Shown here: positions 19,175-28,630 of the stretch, piece after piece | Layout of the letters: the number at the start of each line of letters is the position of its first letter | Numbering within the stretch: the first letter of the stretch is position 1 | Source of the DNA: an uncultured archaeon | GTDB taxonomy: Archaea > Micrarchaeota > Micrarchaeia > Anstonellales > Bilamarchaeaceae | Assembly: GCA_963734525.1 (NCBI GenBank) | Contig: CAVTHI010000009.1 | Span: 3,429-67,428 of the forward strand | DNA: 64,000 bases | Direction: 5' to 3' | Notes under the pieces: generated by a model | Told to the model about the DNA's origin: nothing | What the model saw: the letters and a program-made list of their open reading frames with translations, nothing else | The model's database searches: none | Made by a program: the position numbers and the translations under genes

Positions 19175-21267
19175 AGAAGATTGCATTCGTTTTCCTGCTG
19201 CTGGCGGCGGCCGCGTTCGCGGCGACCGAGTTCGAACAGTCGTTCGGCTCGCAGACCGGAAAAAGCGGCCTCCCGGAGATATTCAGGGACTGGCGCCTCC
19301 TCTCGGTCCTGGCCATACTCACATCCGTCATACTCATCGGCATAGGCTACGCGGTCGGAATCGGCCTCGAGATGCCTGAAATCAAGGCGTGGGCCAGCAA
19401 CGAGCTCGTGCAGGCGTTCGCGAACGTCCTGATAATCATCACGCTCATGGCCACGATAGCCCTCCTCGACCTGGTGGCCGAGGAGATGGTGCAGTACAGC
19501 GGCCTGGCGATACCCTGCACGGGCGGCCAGAGCTGCCTCGGGAACGTCTCGGTCGCATACCTGGATTCGTACATATCGGTGGCGAGCGACGACGCAAAAG
19601 CGGTTGCAATCAACAGCATAGACGCGGCCGGATGGGCCAACCGCAGGTTCGGGCTGTATTGCCTGACGATACTCTGCGCGCAGATCGGCACGTCGTTCTC
19701 GGTCGTGGGCCACTACATGCTCGACCAGGACAGGTACATGATAGTGTTCGAGTATTACGCCAACCTCATCGCCTCGCTCGAGGCCCAGAAGTTTTTCGTC
19801 ACGCACATCTCCTTCAACATCGGCCCGCTCCTGCTCGCCGCAGGGATAGTGGCGCGCACGTTCTTCTTCACACGGAAAATCGGCGGCCTCCTGATAGCGG
19901 TCGCCGCGGGCATAATGTTCTTCTTCCCCGGGATGTACGTGTTCGACTGGCTGACATTGAACACGGCGCTCACGGGGGACAAGGCGAACGAGGACGCGTC
20001 CAGCCCGCTCTGCCCGGAGGAATGCAAGTCCCCGCACGCGTGGGCGGTCATCGAGGACGGCTCCACCGAAGGCGTGAAGCTCGGCTCCATGAAAATGGTA
20101 TTCGACGCATTCCCCAATTCGCAGGCAGCGATAGCGACAGGCATCATCGACGGCTCGGTGGCCAATGCCGTGCCGAATGACGGCACTTACAATGGCATGA
20201 ACGTCATCTCGTGCATGGTGGTGTCCGACGCCGCCTGCCCGCTCTCGTGCAGGGAGCTCCCCTACCCGACATCGCTCACGCAGTGCGTGAACCTGTCGGC
20301 GAACGTCCCGCAGAACTGCGCGACGCTGCCCGACAAGTGCTGGGTGAGGCGCCTGGCAACGGTGACTGAACCGGACGCGGGGACGAAGCCGGTCCTTTCC
20401 ATGTGCCCCAGGGAATGCAAGGTCATCCCCCCGCTTCGCGGCAACTGCGACACGGGCGGCTGCCTCGCGTCCCGCACGGACTGCCGCGTTTACAAGAGAA
20501 TCGGCTATAGCGGGAACGATGCCACCGATTTCGAGTGGGCCCCGAACCCGCCTGAAGGCGTTGACGCGGACCAGCTGGCAAGGTGCGTTGCTGCGGCGGC
20601 GTGCCCGGTTTCAAACGACGCCTACCAGTCATGCTCATACGCCGTCCCGGAGACCGGCAACTGCGTCGAGCTGTGCACGGGCTGCCCTGAGATCTGCCGC
20701 GTGACGACCGACAATATAAACAACCTGCCTTCGCAGTGCATCAATTCAAGTTCGAACCAGCTCCAGATCCCGTGCCAGCAGTGCCCGGTCGGGTGCAAGG
20801 TCAACGCCACGTACATCGAGGAGCTGGACACGCCCGAGTGCTCGGGATGCCTCGCCGAGAGGAGGATAGTCACATACGGCGAGACGATGCCCGGGGATTA
20901 CCTCAACGGCTCATGCGACATCAACACGGACTGCAAGGCCGAGGACCGGGTCCCGATTCCGCGCAACTCGTGCGAGCAGTGCCTGTTCAGCGAGGAGAGC
21001 GAGATGTTCGAGCCGCCCATCCAGACGGCGTGCAACGACATGTGCAGGCCCACGGACGACGTGCCCGTCAAGGGCGCCGGGGCTTACACCGGCATCGGAG
21101 GCGAGGGGCTTGTCGGGCCGACAGAGGTCCAGAACGTCTCCAAGCTGATGCTTCCGGCCTACGTGCTTCCATTGTTCAATATCGCAGCGACCCTGATATT
21201 CATCAAGGGGCTCTCGACCATCCTGGGCGGGGACATAGACATCCCGGGCATATCAAAGGTGTTCTGA
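19171..21267 (+). CDS. Polytopic membrane protein, paralog 3 of 6, with a ~350-aa Cys-rich extracytoplasmic insertion
   Basis: ATGA overlap with paralog 2. Signal peptide MKKIAFVFLLLAAAAFAA. Motifs MPEIKAWASNELVQAF and LLAAGIVARTFFFTRKIGGLLIAVA, with tail ILGGDIDIPGISKVF. Confidence 0.8.
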   Translation: MKKIAFVFLLLAAAAFAATEFEQSFGSQTGKSGLPEIFRDWRLLSVLAILTSVILIGIGYAVGIGLEMPEIKAWASNELVQAFANVLIIITLMATIALLDLVAEEMVQYSGLAIPCTGGQSCLGNVSVAYLDSYISVASDDAKAVAINSIDAAGWANRRFGLYCLTILCAQIGTSFSVVGHYMLDQDRYMIVFEYYANLIASLEAQKFFVTHISFNIGPLLLAAGIVARTFFFTRKIGGLLIAVAAGIMFFFPGMYVFDWLTLNTALTGDKANEDASSPLCPEECKSPHAWAVIEDGSTEGVKLGSMKMVFDAFPNSQAAIATGIIDGSVANAVPNDGTYNGMNVISCMVVSDAACPLSCRELPYPTSLTQCVNLSANVPQNCATLPDKCWVRRLATVTEPDAGTKPVLSMCPRECKVIPPLRGNCDTGGCLASRTDCRVYKRIGYSGNDATDFEWAPNPPEGVDADQLARCVAAAACPVSNDAYQSCSYAVPETGNCVELCTGCPEICRVTTDNINNLPSQCINSSSNQLQIPCQQCPVGCKVNATYIEELDTPECSGCLAERRIVTYGETMPGDYLNGSCDINTDCKAEDRVPIPRNSCEQCLFSEESEMFEPPIQTACNDMCRPTDDVPVKGAGAYTGIGGEGLVGPTEVQNVSKLMLPAYVLPLFNIAATLIFIKGLSTILGGDIDIPGISKVF

Positions 21268-22250
21268 TGGGAAAACTCACGATTGTCTTCCTGATTGCGC
21301 TCATGCCAGCCGCATTCGCAGCCGGGGGCTGGGAAGGGACCGCGGCCATGGCCATCGCGATATCGGGGGGGTTCCTCGGAATCGCCTTCATGGTGGGGAT
21401 GGGCTTCGGCATCAACGAGCTCCAGATAATGTCCAAGGACGAGTTCTACCAGCTGATTGCGACGGGCCTGCTCGTCGCCCTCCTGGTAGGCGGCAACAAT
21501 GTCATCGACGGCCTGTCCGCCGGCCTGGGTTCCGGGGGCCAGAACCTGCAGGACACTGGGATAGCCATCATAGACGACACCCTGACGAACCCGGGATACG
21601 GCCTGTTGGGCATATACAATTCGGTCACGACGATGGACAACCAGGTGGCGAAGGAAAGCTCTAAGACGATGTCCTGCAGCATAGTCAGCATCGGATACAC
21701 CGTGAGCGCCTGCGGGGGCTATTCCATGCTCAGCACCCCGCTCTCGATGTCCGGAAGCATAGTCGGCTTCGCGATCGGCGAGCTGTTTTCCATGAAAAGG
21801 CTCATCAACATCTCCAAGAACTACGCGATGAGCCTCCTCCTGCCGATAGGAATCGTTCTTCGGACGTTCAAGTTCACGAGGGGGGCCGGAGGGTTCCTCA
21901 TCGCGACCGCGATATCGATGCACATACTGATACCGGCGGGCATCCTGTTCAACCAGATGCTTGTCGACACGTTCATAGCGGAGGCCGGGGCCGGATACAA
22001 CGGCGGGCTGAGCACTTCGGTCTCGGAATGCGACCCTGACGCCGGCATAGGCGTCTATGGCGGCGACACGGGCGCCCAGGACACGCTGGCCACGTTCCGC
22101 ACGGACCTGCAGCAGGTCGTCTTCAGCGTCCTGGTGCGGGGCACGCTCGGGCCCGTGCTCGCGCTCCTCATCATGACGGCAGGAATACGGGCACTGACAT
22201 CGCTCGGCGGCGCGGAAGTCGACGTAAGCGCGCTAGGGAGGTTCGTCTGA
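21267..22250 (+). CDS. Polytopic membrane protein, paralog 4 of 6
   Basis: TGATG junction. Signal peptide ..MPAAFAAG. Motifs INELQIMSKDEFYQL and LLPIGIVLRTFKFTRGAGGFLIATA, with tail SLGGAEVDVSALGRFV. Confidence 0.75.
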   Translation: MGKLTIVFLIALMPAAFAAGGWEGTAAMAIAISGGFLGIAFMVGMGFGINELQIMSKDEFYQLIATGLLVALLVGGNNVIDGLSAGLGSGGQNLQDTGIAIIDDTLTNPGYGLLGIYNSVTTMDNQVAKESSKTMSCSIVSIGYTVSACGGYSMLSTPLSMSGSIVGFAIGELFSMKRLINISKNYAMSLLLPIGIVLRTFKFTRGAGGFLIATAISMHILIPAGILFNQMLVDTFIAEAGAGYNGGLSTSVSECDPDAGIGVYGGDTGAQDTLATFRTDLQQVVFSVLVRGTLGPVLALLIMTAGIRALTSLGGAEVDVSALGRFV

Positions 22251-23281
22251 TGGTCGACACGTGCGCAATCTCCGGGTTCGACGGCATAATGGAGAACACG
22301 ATAATGCCGCTTTCGGCCATGGCCACGATTGCGAGCGCGCTGATTTGCGGCTTCACCTACATGATAAGCCAGGTGACGACGAATCCCAAGCTCAGCCTGT
22401 GGGCGAAGACCGAGGCGGTCCAGCTCATATTCTCGGCGGGCTCGGTCTTCCTTCTCATCATGCTCATGAACACCTTCTGCTCCATGAAGGTGAGCGAGGT
22501 CGCGACGCTGTTCGGGAAAAGCTCCGACTCCATATCGGTCTACGACGCGGCCGCGAAATACCTGACCGATGCCGGGCAGTATTCCATCCGCGCGCTCACG
22601 GTCGTGAGGTTCCACCTCGAGGCGTACAGCGTGCTCGGCGCGCTCAGCGTGTTCCAGTGCGAGTTCCTCGGCGGCATCGGGTGCATGTTCGGTTACTCGG
22701 GCACCAACATCCAGGCGCTGGGGGGCTACGGCGCGCACCAGGCGGCGCTCGGCATATTCTTCAATTCCGCCATCATGTCCGTCATGTCGGCCCTTAATTT
22801 CCTGTTCATACTGCAGTACGTATACCGCGGGTTCGTGGTGATGTTCCTGCCGCTAGGCATCTTCATGCGCTCGATGCCGTACATGCGCACGTTCGGAGCG
22901 CTCCTGATTTCCGTGTCGATTTCGTTCCTGACCGTCTATCCGTTCCTCCTTTCGGTGTTCTACATCATGGAGGACGCCATCCTCGACAAGCCCAGCTACG
23001 AGCCGGGCAGTTTCAGCGACTATTACGACGAGACGATATACAGCGAGGGCGGGGCGGGCGAGAGCCTGGAGGCGGCGGTCGCGGGAACGAGCGAGGTATA
23101 CGACAATTATTTCCCCAACGGGGACAATGCGGCCGGCGCAATCATGTTCGCCGCATACGCGTTCATAGCGGCGGTGTTCTTCCCCACGGCCGCGCTTCTC
23201 GGGACCATCGGGACGATTGCGTACCTGACGAGGATGTACGGGGAAGAGATAGACCTCAGCAGGATACTCCAGATGGTATAG
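22250..23281 (+). CDS. Polytopic membrane protein, paralog 5 of 6
   Basis: TGATG junction. Motifs NPKLSLWAKTEAVQL and FLPLGIFMRSMPYMRTFGALLISVS, with tail MYGEEIDLSRILQMV. Confidence 0.75.
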   Translation: MVDTCAISGFDGIMENTIMPLSAMATIASALICGFTYMISQVTTNPKLSLWAKTEAVQLIFSAGSVFLLIMLMNTFCSMKVSEVATLFGKSSDSISVYDAAAKYLTDAGQYSIRALTVVRFHLEAYSVLGALSVFQCEFLGGIGCMFGYSGTNIQALGGYGAHQAALGIFFNSAIMSVMSALNFLFILQYVYRGFVVMFLPLGIFMRSMPYMRTFGALLISVSISFLTVYPFLLSVFYIMEDAILDKPSYEPGSFSDYYDETIYSEGGAGESLEAAVAGTSEVYDNYFPNGDNAAGAIMFAAYAFIAAVFFPTAALLGTIGTIAYLTRMYGEEIDLSRILQMV

Positions 23282-23287
23282 AATGGT

Positions 23288-24343
23288 GTGCATATGATGG
23301 ATATATGGCCTGTGTTCGCGTTCAGCGACCTGACAATCAAGGGCGGCATCACATGGATGAACAGCTGGTTCCCCCTTTCGATTGCAGCGGTCTTCGTGTC
23401 GCTCGTCATCCACACCGCGTTCCTCATGATAGCCAGGGCGTTCTCGATAAAGGAGTTCGAGAATTACGCCATGAGCGAGATTCTCCAGGGCGTCGCCGGG
23501 GCGGTCATGATCGGCTCCCTCATCGTCATGATCAACAGCACGCTCGACATAACGCACAGCTTCATCGCCGGCGACCTGATATGCAACAGCAAGGCAATCC
23601 ACATCGGCACCACGAACCAGAGCACGATGGACGAGGCGTTCGACGCGATAAGGTGCAGGCTGCAGGAGAAGGCGAGGACGATTGCGGGCATCCAGAGCAC
23701 AATCAACACCGAAGCCGAGACCGTCAATTATTTCAACATCATGAACCTGCAGGCGAGCATACTCGGCATCACGTTCCTCAAGGGCGACTGGATAAGCGAC
23801 GTCTACCGGAGCACCGAGACGAAAAGGATAACGAACAACCTCGCCACGGTGATATTGATAGGCCTGAACGCGCAGTCGGCCCTCCTGATGTACATCAAGG
23901 CTAACGCCCTCACGATGTTCATCCCGTTCGGCATCCTGCTGCGCAGCTTCTATTTCAGCCGCGGCGCGGGGGCGCTGTTCCTGTCTATGGGCGTGGCCAT
24001 GTATTTCATATTCCCGATGTTCTACGTCCTCCTCGACCCGAATTTCATACCGGCCCCGCCGATGGATGCGGACCAGGGGCAGGCGACGATATCCCAGCCC
24101 TACTGCTATGCGACGATGTCGAGCACGGTCTCGGTCATCCAGACGCTCCAGGCCGGGGGCATGGGAACGACGAGGATACTGGCGCAGGAGAACATACGCG
24201 ACGAGCTCTCGAAATCGTACATCGAGCTGATGCTCCACCCGCTGGTCGCATTCTTCCTGACGATGGTTTTCGTAAGGTACATGATGACGGTGCTGGGCTC
24301 GGACGCGTTCGAAGTCGTAAGGATGGTCGGCAAAGTGGTTTGA
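23288..24343 (+). CDS. Polytopic membrane protein, paralog 6 of 6
   Basis: 6-nt gap after paralog 5 (GTG 23288, or ATG 23294). Motifs IKEFENYAMSEILQG and FIPFGILLRSFYFSRGAGALFLSMG, with tail VLGSDAFEVVRMVGKVV. Confidence 0.75.
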   Translation: MHMMDIWPVFAFSDLTIKGGITWMNSWFPLSIAAVFVSLVIHTAFLMIARAFSIKEFENYAMSEILQGVAGAVMIGSLIVMINSTLDITHSFIAGDLICNSKAIHIGTTNQSTMDEAFDAIRCRLQEKARTIAGIQSTINTEAETVNYFNIMNLQASILGITFLKGDWISDVYRSTETKRITNNLATVILIGLNAQSALLMYIKANALTMFIPFGILLRSFYFSRGAGALFLSMGVAMYFIFPMFYVLLDPNFIPAPPMDADQGQATISQPYCYATMSSTVSVIQTLQAGGMGTTRILAQENIRDELSKSYIELMLHPLVAFFLTMVFVRYMMTVLGSDAFEVVRMVGKVV

Positions 24344-27300
24344 ATGGACAGGAAGCACTTGGCGGTTCTGGTAGTATTGGCGTTGTTCTTCTCGGGGTGC
24401 CTCCAGTCCCCGGCAAAGCTGGGCTGCTGCCTCAAGCAGAACGCGACCGACCGCGAGGGGTGCGTCCTCTACAATGACAGCGCCGACACCATCACCGACC
24501 TCACCGACAGGACCTACAACGAGGCCGACGGGCAGAAATGCAACGTCACGGCAAGCTACTGCAACGTCTCATACGCCGATGGGGTCCAGGGCTACCTCAT
24601 CCCAGTCTGCACGGAATCCGACATCCTTTCCTGCAGGCAGCCCGACTGCGTGGCCATGGTCTGCGGGGACTTCAAGTTCAAGCCGCCGATTGCGCCGGGG
24701 CTCTCAAGCGACGGCGAGCAGGTGAAGACCGACATCCCGGCCGACTCCCAGGAGGAGGCGGCGATGCAGTTCTTCCACGCGCAATGCCGCTTCCTGGCCA
24801 TGGACGGCAACCTCAAGAAGGTGATGAAAAGCTCGAAGTCCACATTGAACGTGTTCCGCGTGGGCGTGGGCATGTCGTTCGACGAATACGAGCAGTACCG
24901 CTACCTGTTCCCCATGTCGGACAAGTTCTGCACAATCAACCCGCCCAGGGAAGGGCAGCTCCGCGTGGACCGGTACATGAACTACCTGAACCCCACCGCG
25001 ATGACGGCCTGGGACCCCGTAGAGGGCATCACGACGAACTGCATGGTCGACAGCGAGGGCGCGCTTCCGCCGTTCAACAGGGACGAAAGCCTCAGGGCAT
25101 CGCCGACCAACGGCACTTTGGTCCAGTCCTATTACTCCGCGTCGTTCTCATATCCGAAGATAACGCCCGACAAGAGCAGCTACCAGTTCGCCCACTGGGG
25201 CAGGCTGGATTATGACAGCATCGACTACGGGTTCGGGTACCACACCGGCGCGGCGTTCTTCTCGACGTTCAGCATCTACAAGAAAATCGACAACGAATAC
25301 TACAAGAAATGGCTCTCGATAGCGCATGCGGCGACGATTTACGGCAAGAGCGGCTCGCTCGTCAACACGACGAGGGCCCCCTTCGAATGCGACATCGCGA
25401 GCACCGACTGCTACTCGGGAATCTGCACCACGACGACGTACAACCGCGTGGTCATGCTTACGCCCCCTGATGCGAGCGGAATCTCCCAGGAAATAGTGAC
25501 CGACTGCGAAAGCTACACCGACGAGAACTTCAAGACGCGCATCGTCTGCTACCCGACCACGGACGTCCAGATAACCGGCCCGAGCTCGCAGCCCTCAAGG
25601 ACGTTCGCCCAGGTGGACGCGAGGCTCGCGCATGTCGAGGGCGACGGCGCGCTCCGGTATTATAACGCCAACAGGACGGCCTGCGGCATCTTCGACGAGA
25701 AGCAGCTGGAGCGCTTCGTCGACTGGGAATACGCCGGCGGGGGATGGGGATACGGCGGCAACTGGGCGGACAAGTCGTGCACGAACATCATGGACAGCAG
25801 CTTCATGCAGTACGCCCAGCTCCTCGAAAGCGTGGGCAAGATAACCTACACCACCAACTCGTACATGACATGGTACAATTACACCGACGGCACCTGGCAT
25901 TCGGCGTTCAGCCAGTCCGACAAGGGCCCGCCGGCAGGAGGCGCGGTGTTCTTCGGAAAGACCGACCCGCAGACGGAATATGACGGGAAAACCGTGATAG
26001 GATACGCGCTCGTCAGCAACGGGCAGGCGGATGACCTGCTCGTCGTCAAGAACTGCGGCATGGTCGAGGGCGAGGATTACGATTACGTCCAGGTCCCCTC
26101 AAACCCCAAGGACTGGGGGGCGCTCAAGAACGCATTCCTCGGATACTTCAAGCTGAGGTACCAGGGCATGAAGGCGATAAGCACCGAGGACAGCTGCGGG
26201 GCGACCGCCTGCACCCTTTACGAGGATGCGCCGACCAAGGCATGCTCGTACTTCTACGACTTCTTCTTCGCCGGCCTTCCATGGGTCATAAACATGGAGA
26301 AGAACGTGCACCCCAGCGAAGGCTCGCTTTACAGCGGCGTCATCATGAACAACGAGATGCAGCAGGCCATGACGAAGGTGAACCGCTTCAGCGAGGAGCA
26401 GGTCGGCAGCAACATGGGGACGACGTGCGCGCTCCGCGGGCTGAACGCGGGCTACATATTCAACCCCTCGAGGGAGGCCGACGACACGAACTACTACGTA
26501 TGGAACGAGTACTACCAGCCGGTGTACAACCTCCTGTTCAGCGAATACATCGTGCTTTTCTACGACAAGGGGAACCAGAAGATAGGCAACTGCGCGCTCG
26601 ACAAGACGACGCTCATGCCGAAAATCAAGACGTTCGGCTGGTGCGAGCCCTGCACCACCTCCACGCTGGCCTACCAGTACGTCAGCACCAGCGCGGGCGG
26701 GACGTACATGCCCGGAGGCATCGCGAACATGGAGAACGGCGGCACCGTGGACATGTCGGCCACGCAGTCCCAGGTCTGCAAGACCAGCTACGACGAGCTC
26801 CGCTGCGGCAACAACCTGATATCGGACGCCAACGATTTCAGCCTCGAGAACGGGGACCTCTCCGGCGGCCCGCAGACGTATCCCGAAGCGTCCGTCCTCA
26901 AGGAGAGGCTCGGCAACTACATGAAATCCGGCGTCATGCCGATACTCGACATGAGCAGCCCCAGCAACTGGGAGGAGAACCCGGACGGGAACCTCGACGA
27001 GTACGACTTCCAGCGGCTCATAGGCAAGATGGGCGCGGTCATCGTCATCGTCGACAAGGTGGGAAGCTCCGACAACGCGAGCCAGAAGGCCCAGAACATA
27101 TCCACGAGGACCGCGCTCCTCCGCAGCAGGTGCTACGGGTGCCTGACGGCGTTCCACGTCTCATCGCCTTCGAGCAACGAGAGCCTCAGGGAGAGGGCGC
27201 ACGAGATATTCTCCAACAACATCGGGAACAAGTTCACGGTGGACATGGTGACTTACGATTATCCGGTGTCTGACCACAGCGGCATGCTTCCGGCGATGGG

Positions 27301-28282
27301 CGCGGACATCCTCGCCATCGACCCCGGGGCCAACCTCACGGTGAACTACAGCCAGATAATCGCCGAAGATATCGCGAGCTATTCGCAGGCCGTCCTCGAA
27401 ACCGACAACAAGCCCACCGTCCTGGTAGGGCTCTCGCTTGACAACAGCGACCCGGTATTCAACACCAAGGAGAAGCAGACCGCGCTTTTCGGGACTCTCT
27501 TCAGGAACCAGGACATGTTCATCAAGGCCGGGCTGATCGGCATAATCTACGGGCCGGCCAGGCAGGTGCGCATAGGGGACATCTACGTGGGCCCCGAGAC
27601 CGGCATCTTGGATGTCGACGCGAACAACACCGGCACCAAGAACACGAAATTCTGCGCATTGCAGCAGGCCATGCAGATGATGACCTCGGCGCCGCCCATA
27701 GGCGTCTTCGCGATGAAGAACGCGGCCAATTACAGCGAGTGCATTCCCTGCGAGAGCCTGGAAAAGACGCAGGGCGAGTGCACGGCCGACGCCCTGATGT
27801 GCGACAACGGCGTCAGGTGCACCCCGCCATTAGGGCTGGATTACTCTGACATAGAAGGGAATTTCAGGTGCCAGGCGGAGACGGTCATAGACATTCCGGA
27901 AGGTTCGGACGATGAAAGGTGCAAGCTGTGCAAGGACATCCCCGGCACGTATTCGTGCACTTTCTCGTATTCGAACGGCACCATCACGACGCAGGAAGGC
28001 AATATGACCGACCTCGCGTCAGACCTCTACCTGGACATAATCGCGGGAATCGGGCGTACGGACAAATGCTGCCTCGAGGACTCGTACGGAAGGCGCTACA
28101 CGTACATGAAGAAGACCTCCGATACGTCCGTGAACAGGCCCCTCGCATTCTCGAAGACCGGGGACAAGGAGGCCGACTGCGGGCTGAGCACGAGCATCGA
28201 GGCCATCAAGGAGGCGCAATCCTTCTGCGACGTCAAGATTCCCGTGAAGGATTACGACGTCACGTGCACGCTGAGTGGTTGA
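24344..28282 (+). CDS. Giant (1,312 aa) secreted, lipoprotein-like Cys-rich protein, unknown function
   Basis: ATG directly follows the paralog 6 stop. N-terminus MDRKHLAVLVVLALFFSGC is lipobox-like. Many Cys residues and many N-x-S/T sequons. No C-terminal TM. No domain recognised by eye. Confidence 0.8.
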   Translation: MDRKHLAVLVVLALFFSGCLQSPAKLGCCLKQNATDREGCVLYNDSADTITDLTDRTYNEADGQKCNVTASYCNVSYADGVQGYLIPVCTESDILSCRQPDCVAMVCGDFKFKPPIAPGLSSDGEQVKTDIPADSQEEAAMQFFHAQCRFLAMDGNLKKVMKSSKSTLNVFRVGVGMSFDEYEQYRYLFPMSDKFCTINPPREGQLRVDRYMNYLNPTAMTAWDPVEGITTNCMVDSEGALPPFNRDESLRASPTNGTLVQSYYSASFSYPKITPDKSSYQFAHWGRLDYDSIDYGFGYHTGAAFFSTFSIYKKIDNEYYKKWLSIAHAATIYGKSGSLVNTTRAPFECDIASTDCYSGICTTTTYNRVVMLTPPDASGISQEIVTDCESYTDENFKTRIVCYPTTDVQITGPSSQPSRTFAQVDARLAHVEGDGALRYYNANRTACGIFDEKQLERFVDWEYAGGGWGYGGNWADKSCTNIMDSSFMQYAQLLESVGKITYTTNSYMTWYNYTDGTWHSAFSQSDKGPPAGGAVFFGKTDPQTEYDGKTVIGYALVSNGQADDLLVVKNCGMVEGEDYDYVQVPSNPKDWGALKNAFLGYFKLRYQGMKAISTEDSCGATACTLYEDAPTKACSYFYDFFFAGLPWVINMEKNVHPSEGSLYSGVIMNNEMQQAMTKVNRFSEEQVGSNMGTTCALRGLNAGYIFNPSREADDTNYYVWNEYYQPVYNLLFSEYIVLFYDKGNQKIGNCALDKTTLMPKIKTFGWCEPCTTSTLAYQYVSTSAGGTYMPGGIANMENGGTVDMSATQSQVCKTSYDELRCGNNLISDANDFSLENGDLSGGPQTYPEASVLKERLGNYMKSGVMPILDMSSPSNWEENPDGNLDEYDFQRLIGKMGAVIVIVDKVGSSDNASQKAQNISTRTALLRSRCYGCLTAFHVSSPSSNESLRERAHEIFSNNIGNKFTVDMVTYDYPVSDHSGMLPAMGADILAIDPGANLTVNYSQIIAEDIASYSQAVLETDNKPTVLVGLSLDNSDPVFNTKEKQTALFGTLFRNQDMFIKAGLIGIIYGPARQVRIGDIYVGPETGILDVDANNTGTKNTKFCALQQAMQMMTSAPPIGVFAMKNAANYSECIPCESLEKTQGECTADALMCDNGVRCTPPLGLDYSDIEGNFRCQAETVIDIPEGSDDERCKLCKDIPGTYSCTFSYSNGTITTQEGNMTDLASDLYLDIIAGIGRTDKCCLEDSYGRRYTYMKKTSDTSVNRPLAFSKTGDKEADCGLSTSIEAIKEAQSFCDVKIPVKDYDVTCTLSG

Positions 28283-28283
28283 C

Positions 28284-28625
28284 ATGGGGCTGAAAGACCT
28301 TCTTGGCGGCATGCTGAAAGGCCCCCCAGCCTCATCGGACCGCAAGGGCCAGGTGCAGGCATGCCCGAACTGCGGCGAGAGGGTCAGCCTGAGCATGGAA
28401 AGGTGCCCCAAATGCGGCGTACGGGTAAAGAGCATGTTCAGGCGCAAATGCCCCAAATGCCAGAACCTTGTCGAATTGGACGCGAAAAAATGCTCGAAAT
28501 GCGGCTACAGCTTCGAAGCCGAATTAGAAAGGGCTAATAAAACTTTTTATGTATGCCCTATATGCGGGTATAAGATGGAAGCCCTGCTCACGCAGTGCCC
28601 CGCATGCAACACCAAATTCGTGTGA
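28284..28625 (+). CDS. Triple zinc-ribbon protein
   Basis: Three CxxC...CxxC pairs (CPNCG..CPKCG; CPKCQ..CSKCG; CPICG..CPACN). Starts 2 nt after the giant gene's stop. Confidence 0.7.
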   Translation: MGLKDLLGGMLKGPPASSDRKGQVQACPNCGERVSLSMERCPKCGVRVKSMFRRKCPKCQNLVELDAKKCSKCGYSFEAELERANKTFYVCPICGYKMEALLTQCPACNTKFV

Positions 28626-28630
28626 ATGGA

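Noticed and set aside
18251-27157. Long antisense or alternate-frame ORFs across the paralog array and giant gene (for example 18251-19186, 18910-20037, 21159-21923, 22853-24358, 26099-27157 minus; 19389-20180, 26242-27273 plus)
   Set aside because: All give R/G/H/P/E-rich low-complexity products and are fully nested in ORFs with coherent TM helices, shared motifs and tight start/stop coupling.
17001-28625. Calling the paralog array a type IV secretion/conjugation (VirB6-like) or archaellum/pilus (FlaJ/TadC-like) locus
   Set aside because: No VirB4/VirD4/FlaI-type ATPase, prepilin peptidase, class-III signal peptide pilins or relaxase occur in or next to the cluster. The similarity to VirB6 arrays is only organisational.
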